Part shown: positions 41,080 through 50,237 of the stretch, one piece after another
Numbering within the stretch: position 1 is the first letter of the stretch
Layout of the letters: the number at the start of each line of letters is the position of its first letter
Origin: Candidatus Poribacteria bacterium
GTDB taxonomy: Bacteria > Poribacteria > WGA-4E > PCPOR2b
Assembly (NCBI GenBank): GCA_965218095.1
Contig: OZ244587.1
Span: forward strand, 6,144,001-6,208,000
Direction of reading: 5' to 3'
DNA length: 64,000 nt
Notes under the pieces: generated by a model
Told to the model about the DNA's origin: nothing
The model's input: the letters and a program-made list of their open reading frames with translations, nothing else
Database searches by the model: none
Made by a program: the position numbers and the translations under genes

Positions 41080-42054
41080 ATGAGTCTCACCGACGTAGAA
41101 TTACGACAGTTCCATGACAAAGGCTATGTGGTCAAGCCCGCAGTTTTTTCGGCTGTGGATTTGCAACCGATCAAAGATGGTCTCAGCGACATCGTTGATA
41201 CAGAAGCGAAACGACTACAGTCAGAGGGGAAGCTGGAAGACATTTATTCCGACGTACCTTTCGGAACCCGCCTGGCGCGCATCAGGGAGTCCAATATCGA
41301 GGCCGCGGTAGAAATCGTCAGGGCTATTATAGGGAGGGGCGGCGGTGGTTTTAGTGGTCCCGCACTTTTTCAAATGCTCACCCATCCGCCTCTTTTATCC
41401 TGCATTGAAAGCCTGATCGGTCCAACGATCGTCGGTGCTTCGGCTTACCGAATTCGTCCGAAGCTACCAAACTGGGAACGTGGAAAAGTGCCGTGGCATC
41501 AGGATTCTGGTTATTTTCTTCCCCATTGTGACAAGCATCTACTTGTCACCTGCTGGATTCCCCTTGTTGATGCGACGCGGGAGAATGGCTGTCTTTATGT
41601 GATGCCAAAGACACATAGGCAACGGGTTTTTCGCCATTATACCGGCGGACATAGTGGCTATCTTGAAATCCCCACGGATGAATTTCCAGATACCGGGTCA
41701 ATTCCGATCGAGATGGAGGCGGGTGGTGTGCTGTTTATGACAAACCTAACGCCGCATTCGTCATTTGAAAATAGGACGAATCAAGTTCGTTGGAGCGTAG
41801 ACTTGCGCTACCAAAACGCCGAAGCGCCCAACAACGTAGACGAGGCGCCGGAGTCCTATACCCCTGAACGGGATGCCGTAACAATGGCGTGTTACCCTCC
41901 GGAAGCTGATTTTGTCCTTCGTGACCCGGAACACCCAAAACGCGAAGTGCACAGCGCCGAAGAATTCCGCAGAATTCGAGATCGTTACGATCGAACAAGG
42001 GCACATCACCCCGGTCGTGGCTGGATACGGCTTTCAGAGAGAAATAAAGCGTGA
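41080..42054 (+). CDS. PhyH family dioxygenase
   Basis: PWHQD, WIPLVDATRENGCL, TPHSS, RWSVDLRY. Confidence 0.92.
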   Translation: MSLTDVELRQFHDKGYVVKPAVFSAVDLQPIKDGLSDIVDTEAKRLQSEGKLEDIYSDVPFGTRLARIRESNIEAAVEIVRAIIGRGGGGFSGPALFQMLTHPPLLSCIESLIGPTIVGASAYRIRPKLPNWERGKVPWHQDSGYFLPHCDKHLLVTCWIPLVDATRENGCLYVMPKTHRQRVFRHYTGGHSGYLEIPTDEFPDTGSIPIEMEAGGVLFMTNLTPHSSFENRTNQVRWSVDLRYQNAEAPNNVDEAPESYTPERDAVTMACYPPEADFVLRDPEHPKREVHSAEEFRRIRDRYDRTRAHHPGRGWIRLSERNKA

Positions 42055-42123
42055 AACATGATGAGTGATACGTGAGAAGTGAACACATATATCACTCGTC
42101 ACTCATCACTTATCATACAGGAG

Positions 42124-43272
42124 TTATGCCTGATACCCGCCCGTGTTGAATAATACAATCCTTTCCGCCGGATCGATCTCCCCGGCATCAACAAACTTGC
42201 GGAGTCCCGCGACAGTTGCTGCCCCTTCAGGACACGGCAGGATGCCTTCAGACGTCGCCAAAGTTCCCATTGCCTGTCGGATTTCATCATCGGTGACGGC
42301 GACCGCAGCCCCACGGCTCTGATAAATGACATCGAGGATTAGGAAATCGCCGACAGCTTGTGGCACACGCAAGCCTGCCGCCACTGTTTTCGCATTCTCC
42401 CACGGATTGGCTTCTGTCTTGCCTTCTTCCCACGCCTTGACGATTGGGGCGCAGCCGGTCGCTTGTACGGAGATCATGCGTGGACGTTTCCCACCAATAC
42501 ACCCGATGGCTTCCAACTCTTGAAATCCCTTCCACATCCCGATAATCCCTGTGCCGCCGCCCGTTGGGTAGATGATAACGTCCGGAAGTTCCCACCCGAA
42601 TTGTTCCGCGAGCTCGAACCCCATTGTCTTTTTTCCCTCAACGCGGTAAGGTTCTTTGAGTGTGGAGATGTCGAACCAGCCTGCTTCCGCCTTGCGCTCG
42701 GCAACAATTTTTCCTGCATCCGTAATCAATCCATCAATGAGAGTGACGTTGGCGCCTGCCAGTTGGCAGGTATTCCGATTGAACGGTGGGGCATCCTTGG
42801 GCATGAAAATGTGCGCCTCCATTCCTGCCCTTGCCGCGTAGATCGATAGCGCCGTCGCTGCGTTGCCAGCGGAAGGGATTGCGAGTTTTGTCAATCCGAA
42901 TTCTTTCGCCTTGGAAACCGCTATTGCCAGTCCACGCGCCTTAAAGCTCCCTGTCGGCAGACGGGACTCATCCTTCACCCACAAGGCTTCCAGTCCGAAT
43001 AGATCGCCGATCCATTTGGTTTGAAGGAGTGGCGTCATCAACTCGTTGAGGGAAACAGTATGGATCGGATCGATCACCGGAAGGAGTTCTGCGTACCGCC
43101 ACATTGATGCCTCACGCTGCGAGAGAGAAGATCTATCCCATGTTCGGGCAATTTTGTCCAGATCATAACGCGCAAACAGGGGCTTACCACACGTCACGCA
43201 CAGATTCTGTGGGACATCGTGTTCGTAGGTTTGGGCGCAGCGGCTGCATTCGAGGTGGGTCAAATAATTCAT
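42124..43272 (-). CDS. thrC: Threonine synthase; last residues apparently frameshifted
   Basis: PTGSFKARG, SAGNA, YPTGGGTG; ends FNTGGYQA while AGIRH continues in another frame. Confidence 0.88.
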   Translation of the reverse strand: MNYLTHLECSRCAQTYEHDVPQNLCVTCGKPLFARYDLDKIARTWDRSSLSQREASMWRYAELLPVIDPIHTVSLNELMTPLLQTKWIGDLFGLEALWVKDESRLPTGSFKARGLAIAVSKAKEFGLTKLAIPSAGNAATALSIYAARAGMEAHIFMPKDAPPFNRNTCQLAGANVTLIDGLITDAGKIVAERKAEAGWFDISTLKEPYRVEGKKTMGFELAEQFGWELPDVIIYPTGGGTGIIGMWKGFQELEAIGCIGGKRPRMISVQATGCAPIVKAWEEGKTEANPWENAKTVAAGLRVPQAVGDFLILDVIYQSRGAAVAVTDDEIRQAMGTLATSEGILPCPEGAATVAGLRKFVDAGEIDPAERIVLFNTGGYQA

Positions 43273-44183
43273 AGTTTACCCAAAAGTTTCAGGATCAACC
43301 CTTTCATGCTGTGAAGTCGGTTTTCTGCCTGTTCAAACACGATTGACCGTGGGTCCTCAATAATATCTCCAGTGATCTCGTAGCCGCGGTGGGCAGGGAG
43401 ATCGTGCATGACCAGCACATCTCGTCCTGCTAAGAGTTCCTTATTCAACTGATAAGGCATAAACACTTTGATGCGTCGCTCCTTTTCAGCCTTGAAAGCC
43501 GCATCCATGAAGAATTCCATATCGATCCATGTGTCTGTATAAACAACATCACTTTGTGCAATAGCTTCTTGGACCTGATCCGATACCTTATACGAGCCCG
43601 CTTTACGTGCCGCTTCATAGAGTTCTTCATCGACTGCTGCGGGATTAATCTCTGGTGCAACGACAGTCACTTCCATACCTGTCTTCAGTCCTGCCGCAAT
43701 CAGCGAATTGCAAACGTTATTATGCACGCTCACATAGGTGAGTTTGACCCCTTCCATACGTCCGAACTTCTCCTGTATGGTCATCAGATCGCCCAACACC
43801 TGCGTCGGGTGATAGCGATCACAACACCCATTGATGACAGGAACGGTCGCCCCCTCGGCTGCACACACCACGTCCGCATGTTTTAGAAAACGTGCAAGGA
43901 TGGCGTCCACATAAGAAGACAGCACTCGGATTTCATCCCGTAAATCTGCCAGAGCAAAATTGGTAGCTTGCCAGTCGAGATAGATTGCATGTCCTCCCAA
44001 TTGCGTCATACCGACTTCACCGGAACAACGCGTTCGAGTAGAGGTTTTCTGAAAAAGCAAGGCGAGGCTGCGTCCATTCAGCGCATTTGCATATCGCTCT
44101 GGATTGTTTTTGATCGCGATGCTACGCTCGACAACCTCAATGACATCTTCTGTGGGCCAGTTTTTCAGTGAAATGAAATCCAT
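43269..44183 (-). CDS. argF: Ornithine carbamoyltransferase family
   Basis: STRTR, HPTQ, YTDTW, HDLPA, QAENR. Confidence 0.9.
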   Translation of the reverse strand: MDFISLKNWPTEDVIEVVERSIAIKNNPERYANALNGRSLALLFQKTSTRTRCSGEVGMTQLGGHAIYLDWQATNFALADLRDEIRVLSSYVDAILARFLKHADVVCAAEGATVPVINGCCDRYHPTQVLGDLMTIQEKFGRMEGVKLTYVSVHNNVCNSLIAAGLKTGMEVTVVAPEINPAAVDEELYEAARKAGSYKVSDQVQEAIAQSDVVYTDTWIDMEFFMDAAFKAEKERRIKVFMPYQLNKELLAGRDVLVMHDLPAHRGYEITGDIIEDPRSIVFEQAENRLHSMKGLILKLLGKL

Positions 44184-44218
44184 GATAGCTCCCTGAGAAA
44201 AATCGTTTGAAGGTCATG

Positions 44219-44247
44219 ATTATACTGTATGACCTTCACCATGTCAA
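44219..44247 (-). promoter_or_regulatory. Consensus sigma-70 promoter of argF-thrC, overlapped by an inverted repeat (44208-44238)
   Basis: TTGACA-17-TATAAT on minus strand; TGAAGGTCAT-N11-ATGACCTTCA. Confidence 0.85.
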
Positions 44248-44373
44248 GCGGAATGACAGCACAAAACGCTTGACGCCAACACAGACTTCTGCGAAAATAG
44301 ATGCGTCCATGATTGTCGTCTTTCCATCGCTCAAGGTATCTGATGCACAGCCTATTATCTTACGGACTTATCA

Positions 44374-44664
44374 ATGAATCCAATAAAACTCCAGCTTTAC
44401 ACCAAATCCGAATGTTCTCTTTGCGACAAAGCCAAGGAAGTCCTTGAACAAGTCGGGGAACAGTTTCCGATACAGATTGAGGAGATTGACATCACGGCGA
44501 ACCTGGGGCTGTTTACGAAATATAAAGATCTCATCCCTGCGCTTGAGATGGAAGGGAAACGATTGTTTGTCCATCGGATCAATGTGAGCGTCCTTAAGCG
44601 AAAACTGGTGTGGCGGCGGTGGCGTCAGCGTTTTATAGATAAGGGATGGGTGTCAAATAAATGA
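44374..44664 (+). CDS. Glutaredoxin-like (DUF836) protein
   Basis: YTKSECSLCD, EIDI, IPAL. Confidence 0.85.
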   Translation: MNPIKLQLYTKSECSLCDKAKEVLEQVGEQFPIQIEEIDITANLGLFTKYKDLIPALEMEGKRLFVHRINVSVLKRKLVWRRWRQRFIDKGWVSNK

Positions 44665-45494
44665 TCCAAAAACAGTTCATCTGCCTTACCCTTTTTTTGC
44701 CCCTCTCGGTTTCCTCTGGTGCTTGCCGAATGCCAATAGTGCATTTGAGCGAGCCCCACTCGTTCCACAAATCTCGGCAAGGGGTGGAACAAGCGTCGGC
44801 TGGCCGGAAGAGAACGCCGCTTTCCTCTGGAATCCTGCGGTGAAAGTATCGTCCCGTGCAGCCCTCTTAACAGCCTACTCACAGCCATTCGGTATTGATG
44901 ATCTCGCTGAGGGAATACTGAACTATAGTCACACTGTTACGGACGACAGCTCGCTTGGGTTGAGTTGGTGCCGTTTTCGTACAACCGGTTATCACGAAGA
45001 TCGCCGATCCGCTGCTGTTAGCTATGGGAATCGGATTGGGCGTGCAGGCGTGCGGTTAGATCTTTTCGGACTTGGAATCGATAGATTCGGCAGCCGAACC
45101 GCGTTGGGCGTGAGCGTCGGCGGTTTATGGAAGGTCAACCCAAACTTGCGGGTGGGAATCACATTTGACTCGCTGAATCGCCCGAAAATCCCAAACCCGC
45201 TAGCACGAAATGTTGCCTTTGGGGTTGGGGTGAAGGTGACGCCGGATTTACTGCTTTTCGTAGACTTGCGGGGAGAGACTAATGTCGATGTCCAGATACT
45301 TGCCGGCGGCGAATTATCCATCGATCGGTATTTTGTGCTGCGGGCAGGGGTGCACAATCAGCCGTGGGAAGCAGCCGTGGGAAGTTACGGCAGGATGGGG
45401 GCTTCGCATCCAATCCATCGAGATTGATTACGCTTGGGTGAATCACTCCAGCTTGGACGGAACGCACCAGATTTCTATCGGTTGGATCTTTTGA
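44661..45494 (+). pseudogene. Outer-membrane beta-barrel (PorV/PorQ-like), two frameshifts
   Basis: SARG...FLWNPA motif, amphipathic strands, C-terminal DYAW...HQISIGWIF; frameshifts at T7 (44692-44698) and 13-bp duplication (45359-45384). Confidence 0.7.
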
Positions 45495-45524
45495 GGAGTC
45501 CTCAATCGATTCGCCAAATTCGAT

Positions 45525-45553
45525 TTGACACGCCTATGAATTTGTGATAGACT
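45525..45553 (+). promoter_or_regulatory. Sigma-70 promoter of peroxiredoxin gene
   Basis: TTGACA-17-TAGACT with extended TG. Confidence 0.7.
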
Positions 45554-45630
45554 TTGCGTCACAAACATAATTATATCAACCAAAAGCGTGTATCGAAGCA
45601 CAACATCAAATGTTCTAAGGAGGTTACTTG

Positions 45631-46098
45631 ATGGCAGATGTAGGAAATTCTGCTCCTGATTTTACACTTACAGGATCTATCAGCTCAGAGGATACAGAGG
45701 TCTCTTTGAGCGACTTTGAGGGAAAGAATCTGGTGGTGGTATTTTATCCGCTTGATTTCTCGCCGGTATGTTCGGTACAGATTCCCGATTTTAACGAAAA
45801 GGTCAATGAAATTCGGGCGAAAAATGCTGACATCATCGCGATTAACCGCGACTCTGGGTTTGCACATAAAGCCTGGAGCGAACATCTCGGCGGTGTTAAG
45901 TTCCCGCTCTTGTCTGATATGAACCTTGAGGTATCGAAGAAGTTTGGAATGGCGCTTGAAGAGGTGGGGATCACCAACCGCGGCGTTATCATTATCGATA
46001 AGACAGGCAAGATTGCTTTCAAGCATGCTGAAGCTGCACCACCGGATAACACGCTTGCGGTAAATCAGGTACTGAGTGAACTCGATAAATTGAATTAG
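45631..46098 (+). CDS. Peroxiredoxin (AhpC/TSA family)
   Basis: APDFTL, FYPLDFSPVC, FPLLSD, RGVIIID. Confidence 0.92.
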   Translation: MADVGNSAPDFTLTGSISSEDTEVSLSDFEGKNLVVVFYPLDFSPVCSVQIPDFNEKVNEIRAKNADIIAINRDSGFAHKAWSEHLGGVKFPLLSDMNLEVSKKFGMALEEVGITNRGVIIIDKTGKIAFKHAEAAPPDNTLAVNQVLSELDKLN

Positions 46099-46418
46099 AC
46101 CAAAATTCCAAAAAGATGTAATGGTCAAATACATCTTGCAGGAAAGTGAACTGATAAACTCAATTCACTGTGGATTATGGGAATAATGGAAATGTCACGT
46201 TCTCCATAATTCGTATAATTTCCAGTGAATCTCGCCGTATTCAACATGTTGTTGACCAATACACTTTTTTCACTTTAACATGCTGTTGCCCAATACAGAA
46301 ATTCCAAAAAGACTTTAGAAACAACACAAGATGAGCTTCAGAGATGCGTTCTTTGAGGCTCGTTTTTCATTTGAACGTCTGTATTTCCCACACCTTAATG
46401 ATGAAAGGAGAGCCACGC

Positions 46419-46908
46419 GTGACGAAACCGACTATCCATCCACAAACAGCCATCGATCATGTTCATCTCAATGTCTCCGACTTGGATCGGGCAGAGCGTT
46501 TTTATACACAGATCCTCGGCTTTGAGGTGACGGCGCGTTTCGGCGATGAGGTGGTGGTCGGCAAGCGGGTATCATCATCACATTGCGATCAATACGTGGG
46601 AAGGCAAGGACGCGAAACTTCGTCCGCCGGGGACAACGGGACTGTACCACTTCGCCATCTTGCTGCCGAACCGTCTGGAATTGGCAAAAGTGGTCAAGCG
46701 CGTGATTAATCACGGGGTCAAGATTGACGGGGCATCAGATCATACGGTCAGCGAGGCAGTCTACTTAAGCGATCCGGATGGCAATGGAGTTGAGCTTTGC
46801 GTTGATCGCGATCCGAGTCAGTGGATTGATCAAGAAGGTAACATTCTGCTGACCGTCGAACCGCTTGATCTGGATTCGCTGCTGAGTGAACTAGACACAG
46901 CACAGTGA
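46419..46908 (+). pseudogene. VOC family CatE-like protein with short deletion frameshift near 46555
   Basis: IDHVHLNVSDL; SASGYHHHIAINTW, GLYHFAIL, DHTVSEAVYLSDPDGNGVEL. Confidence 0.85.
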
Positions 46909-46963
46909 ACGGGACAATCCGTGAGTTAAGGGATTATTAACAGAGTCCCTCAACCTAGTACGA

Positions 46964-47314
46964 CTATCCATCGCCTTGTTTTTCTTTTGCCTTCGTGATT
47001 CTCCTCAGAAAAACCTGCATCTCCTTCGCGGTCTGCAGATCACCCCGTCCGTTAGCAATTTCGATCCCTTGCCGATAGGTCTGCGTCGCTTCATCGGTGA
47101 ATCCTGCCTGCGCAAGCGCTTTCCCAAGTTCACGATAGGCTGCCGAATAGTCCCCTTGCAGACGAATCGCTTCGCGCAAGGGAGGAATTGCTCTCTCCGG
47201 ATCGCCGCCCTTCAGGTATTCCAGACCGAGGCTATACTGTAACAGCGCATCATCCGGCTGCATCTTAAGTAGTTCTTCAAGCTGCTGAATGCGGTCGTTA
47301 TCCATGACGTGCAC
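46964..47314 (-). CDS. Small TPR protein
   Basis: PDDALLQYSLG, YSAAYRELGKAL, GDLQTAKEM. Confidence 0.85.
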   Translation of the reverse strand: MHVMDNDRIQQLEELLKMQPDDALLQYSLGLEYLKGGDPERAIPPLREAIRLQGDYSAAYRELGKALAQAGFTDEATQTYRQGIEIANGRGDLQTAKEMQVFLRRITKAKEKQGDG

Positions 47315-47351
47315 TCCTTTTATGAGAGATCGGTTTGCGTCGTAAACCTTT

Positions 47352-48483
47352 TTAGTTTCGCTTGAGCACTCCCCAAAGGATAAGGCGTTTACCCTCGGGA
47401 GTCATCGTGCCTCGTGTCTGAATAATTGCAGATTGAGACATTGAACCATTGAAAGCAACATCCTCAATATAGTAGTAATAGATAGTCCCTGCTTCGACGT
47501 CAGTATCTGTAAGTTCATAGGTGTGTGACGTTCCTGATGTGCCGGCGCCACCAATCATGACGGGATTGACTCGAACATATTCCCCATCACGCTGGTCGCT
47601 GCGGTAGATCCGGAATCCAAGGTTATTGGTTTCTGACTCGGTTTTCCAGTGCAGGAGTATGCCTGCTTCGGTAGTTGTTGCTGTAAACAGGGACAATTCA
47701 ACGGGGAGGGAGGCATCGCTATTGGGAGCAAAATAGAATTGATTGAATTCGGCTCCACTCCGGGCGGTGCTACCTGGTGTGTGAATCGCCATAAAACTAA
47801 AATACCCATTATCAAAATTCGTGTAGGTACTATCTATCACACTTCCGTGATTAACAGCCGTATTTGTTTGACTCGGAATATCCGTTGCAGCTACAACGGT
47901 TCCGTTTGCCGTCGGTAAAGTAGATGTGAAAAGCGTCCACTCAGATGCGCTTGTTCGGGTCACTCGGACAAGAAAACCGATATCCGCTAACCCGTTAGGC
48001 ACTGCCCCTGAGGGTGTTAGGATGTCAGTCGCAACACCGTTATCCACTTTTTGTAAACGGATTTCATCGTCACCACTACTATCCCCAAATATAATTCGAT
48101 AGCCATCAACCGTATTCGATTCTAAGTTTGTTTCATTTGCAAACAACCAAACAATGCTATGATTCGTGGTCGTAGCGGCTGATGACGATCTCCTACCCAC
48201 CCAAACTCCCCACGATTGTTCGGTCCCACGAATCGGTTCTTTGAAGGCTTAAAAACTGTGAAGTGGATCCATCATTAGGTGCATTCAATCGTAACGTGTT
48301 CGAACCGGTAGTGTTTGGCCCAGAAGTGCTGTTCTCAACGATTGTCCACGAGCCTGTGTCTCCTCCCCATGTCGGATTGTTCGTAAAGTCGCCGTCACTG
48401 AAAGAATCGACAATTTGTCCCGATGCCGTTGTGTTCATCACCACGATGCTGGAAATTAGAAGCCAAAAACCAATCTTTTTCAT
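47352..48483 (-). pseudogene. Secreted protein with LPVELSLF/Ig-like C-terminal module and GKxxxxWGxLK tail; one frameshift near 48225
   Basis: Signal peptide MKKIGF..., DSFSDGDFTNNPTW, LPVELSLF, WKTESETNNLGF, PEGKRLILWGVLKRN. Confidence 0.75.
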
Positions 48484-48535
48484 TTCTCCCTCCTTATAGT
48501 TTCGGTAAAAGTCCGGTTGGGTAAAACTGAAGTTG

Positions 48536-48564
48536 ATTATAAAGCAATCTGAATTCCATGTCAA
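48536..48564 (-). promoter_or_regulatory. Consensus sigma-70 promoter of the secreted-protein gene (divergent from the kinase)
   Basis: TTGACA-17-TATAAT on minus strand; opposite-strand TTGACT-18-TACAAT at 48595-48624. Confidence 0.8.
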
Positions 48565-48682
48565 GCCTGTTTTTGAAACAAGCCAAACGAGTTCTTGACT
48601 TTACCATATGTTGTCTGATACAATACTATTAAATATTTCGCGCGCGCAGATGTTTCTTGGTGCACTTGATTGGGGCAAACAG

Positions 48683-50158
48683 ATGTTTTTCAAGCGTCAA
48701 AGGACCGTTCCCACCGGCTACGCTGCCTCTAATTTCTTGCTCACCTACTTCATTATTGGGCTGCTGATCCTTTCGCTTGCCTTTGTGTATTACACCCGAC
48801 AAATCCTCCAACTGAATCAAGACTTGAAGGAACAGGTAGTACCGTTGGCAGACCTTGCGGCTGAACTTCCGGGCGTCAACGAGAGGCGACTCCAAAGCCA
48901 GTTGAGTCAGATCATCAGGGAGTTGTTGACTGCAAGCCGTCTCTCATTCATCATCACAGATGCCAATGATGGGCAGGTGATTATCGCGAGACGCATCAAT
49001 AAAGCGATTGAGCACAAGATTGAAGCTGACCTCCCGCTCTCTCCTGCTGAAGAATCGAAGCTTAACGCGATTTTGGCGCGGATGAAGGAGCGCAGAGAAC
49101 GTAAGCCGATACAGTTTTATCGGGACACCTCCGGGTATTGCTATTATGGCGAGGTGGATTCAAGTGCGATTGAGCAGATGCCCTTTGTCATCACGGATTC
49201 AGAAGACAAGCCTCGGAAGTGGCAGATCTGGGGAGAGTTAGTCTCAGCACAGAACGCCACGCCAAAACAGCGAGCGCAAGCGGAGATGCTTGTCCGCAAT
49301 TCCAAAGTCTTGGGGCTTTACACCCCACTGCAAACCGGGCTGTATCAGGGATATCTCTATTACGAGACGACCCCTGATTATCGCTTTATCGTGATGCCTA
49401 TCGTACTGGTATCCGTCTTTGCAACGTTCTTGATTGTCGGCTTTTTGAGTTATCGACGGATTAAAACCTTTGAGCAGGCATCGATCTGGGGCGGACTTGC
49501 AAAGGAGACCGCGCATCAACTCGGCACACCGATCTCGTCACTGATGGGGTGGGTGGAGTTATCAGCAGAGCTCAACAAGCAAAAGGGAGACGAAACAACT
49601 GCCGAAGTTTACGCAAATATGCAGAGCGATCTCGCTCGACTCCAGAGCATTACAGAACGCTTCGGCAAAATTGGATCGTATCCACAGAAAACTCGGATCA
49701 ATATTAACTCAGTTATTGGTGATGTCGTTGCCTACTTTCAAAAGCGCTTGCCAAATCGAAGCAAACAGGTTGAAATCCGAGTGGTTTCCCATGAGCTGCC
49801 CGAGATTTTGGCAAATGCAGACCTATTACAATGGGTCTTTGAAAACCTGATTCGCAATTCGCTGGACGCAATGGATAAAGACACCGGCTGCATCGAAATT
49901 GATGCGCGGTTTGATCAGAAGAAGTATCAAATCGCAATTCTGTACAAAGATGATGGGAAAGGGATTGCGCGAAAAGACCGGAATAAAATCTTTCAGCCCG
50001 GCATGACAACGAAAAGACACGGCTGGGGACTCGGTTTGACGCTTGTTAAACGAATTATTGAAGCGTATCATCATGGACGGATTCGGTTAGTTGAGACCGG
50101 CCCGCAGGGGACAACCTTCGAAATTGTGTTGCCCGTGGAAACAGTTATGGCAGGGTGA
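48683..50158 (+). CDS. Membrane sensor histidine kinase (possibly PorY-like)
   Basis: Two TM helices, WGGLAKETAHQLGTPISSL H-box, ENLIRNSLDA, DDGKG, GWGLGL. Confidence 0.92.
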   Translation: MFFKRQRTVPTGYAASNFLLTYFIIGLLILSLAFVYYTRQILQLNQDLKEQVVPLADLAAELPGVNERRLQSQLSQIIRELLTASRLSFIITDANDGQVIIARRINKAIEHKIEADLPLSPAEESKLNAILARMKERRERKPIQFYRDTSGYCYYGEVDSSAIEQMPFVITDSEDKPRKWQIWGELVSAQNATPKQRAQAEMLVRNSKVLGLYTPLQTGLYQGYLYYETTPDYRFIVMPIVLVSVFATFLIVGFLSYRRIKTFEQASIWGGLAKETAHQLGTPISSLMGWVELSAELNKQKGDETTAEVYANMQSDLARLQSITERFGKIGSYPQKTRININSVIGDVVAYFQKRLPNRSKQVEIRVVSHELPEILANADLLQWVFENLIRNSLDAMDKDTGCIEIDARFDQKKYQIAILYKDDGKGIARKDRNKIFQPGMTTKRHGWGLGLTLVKRIIEAYHHGRIRLVETGPQGTTFEIVLPVETVMAG

Positions 50159-50237
50159 GCAGAAGGCCCCTTGATGAAAAGTTCATTTTATAATTCATTG
50201 CGTGTGGGATTAGAAGGGATAAAGAAAGGAGGGCGGC

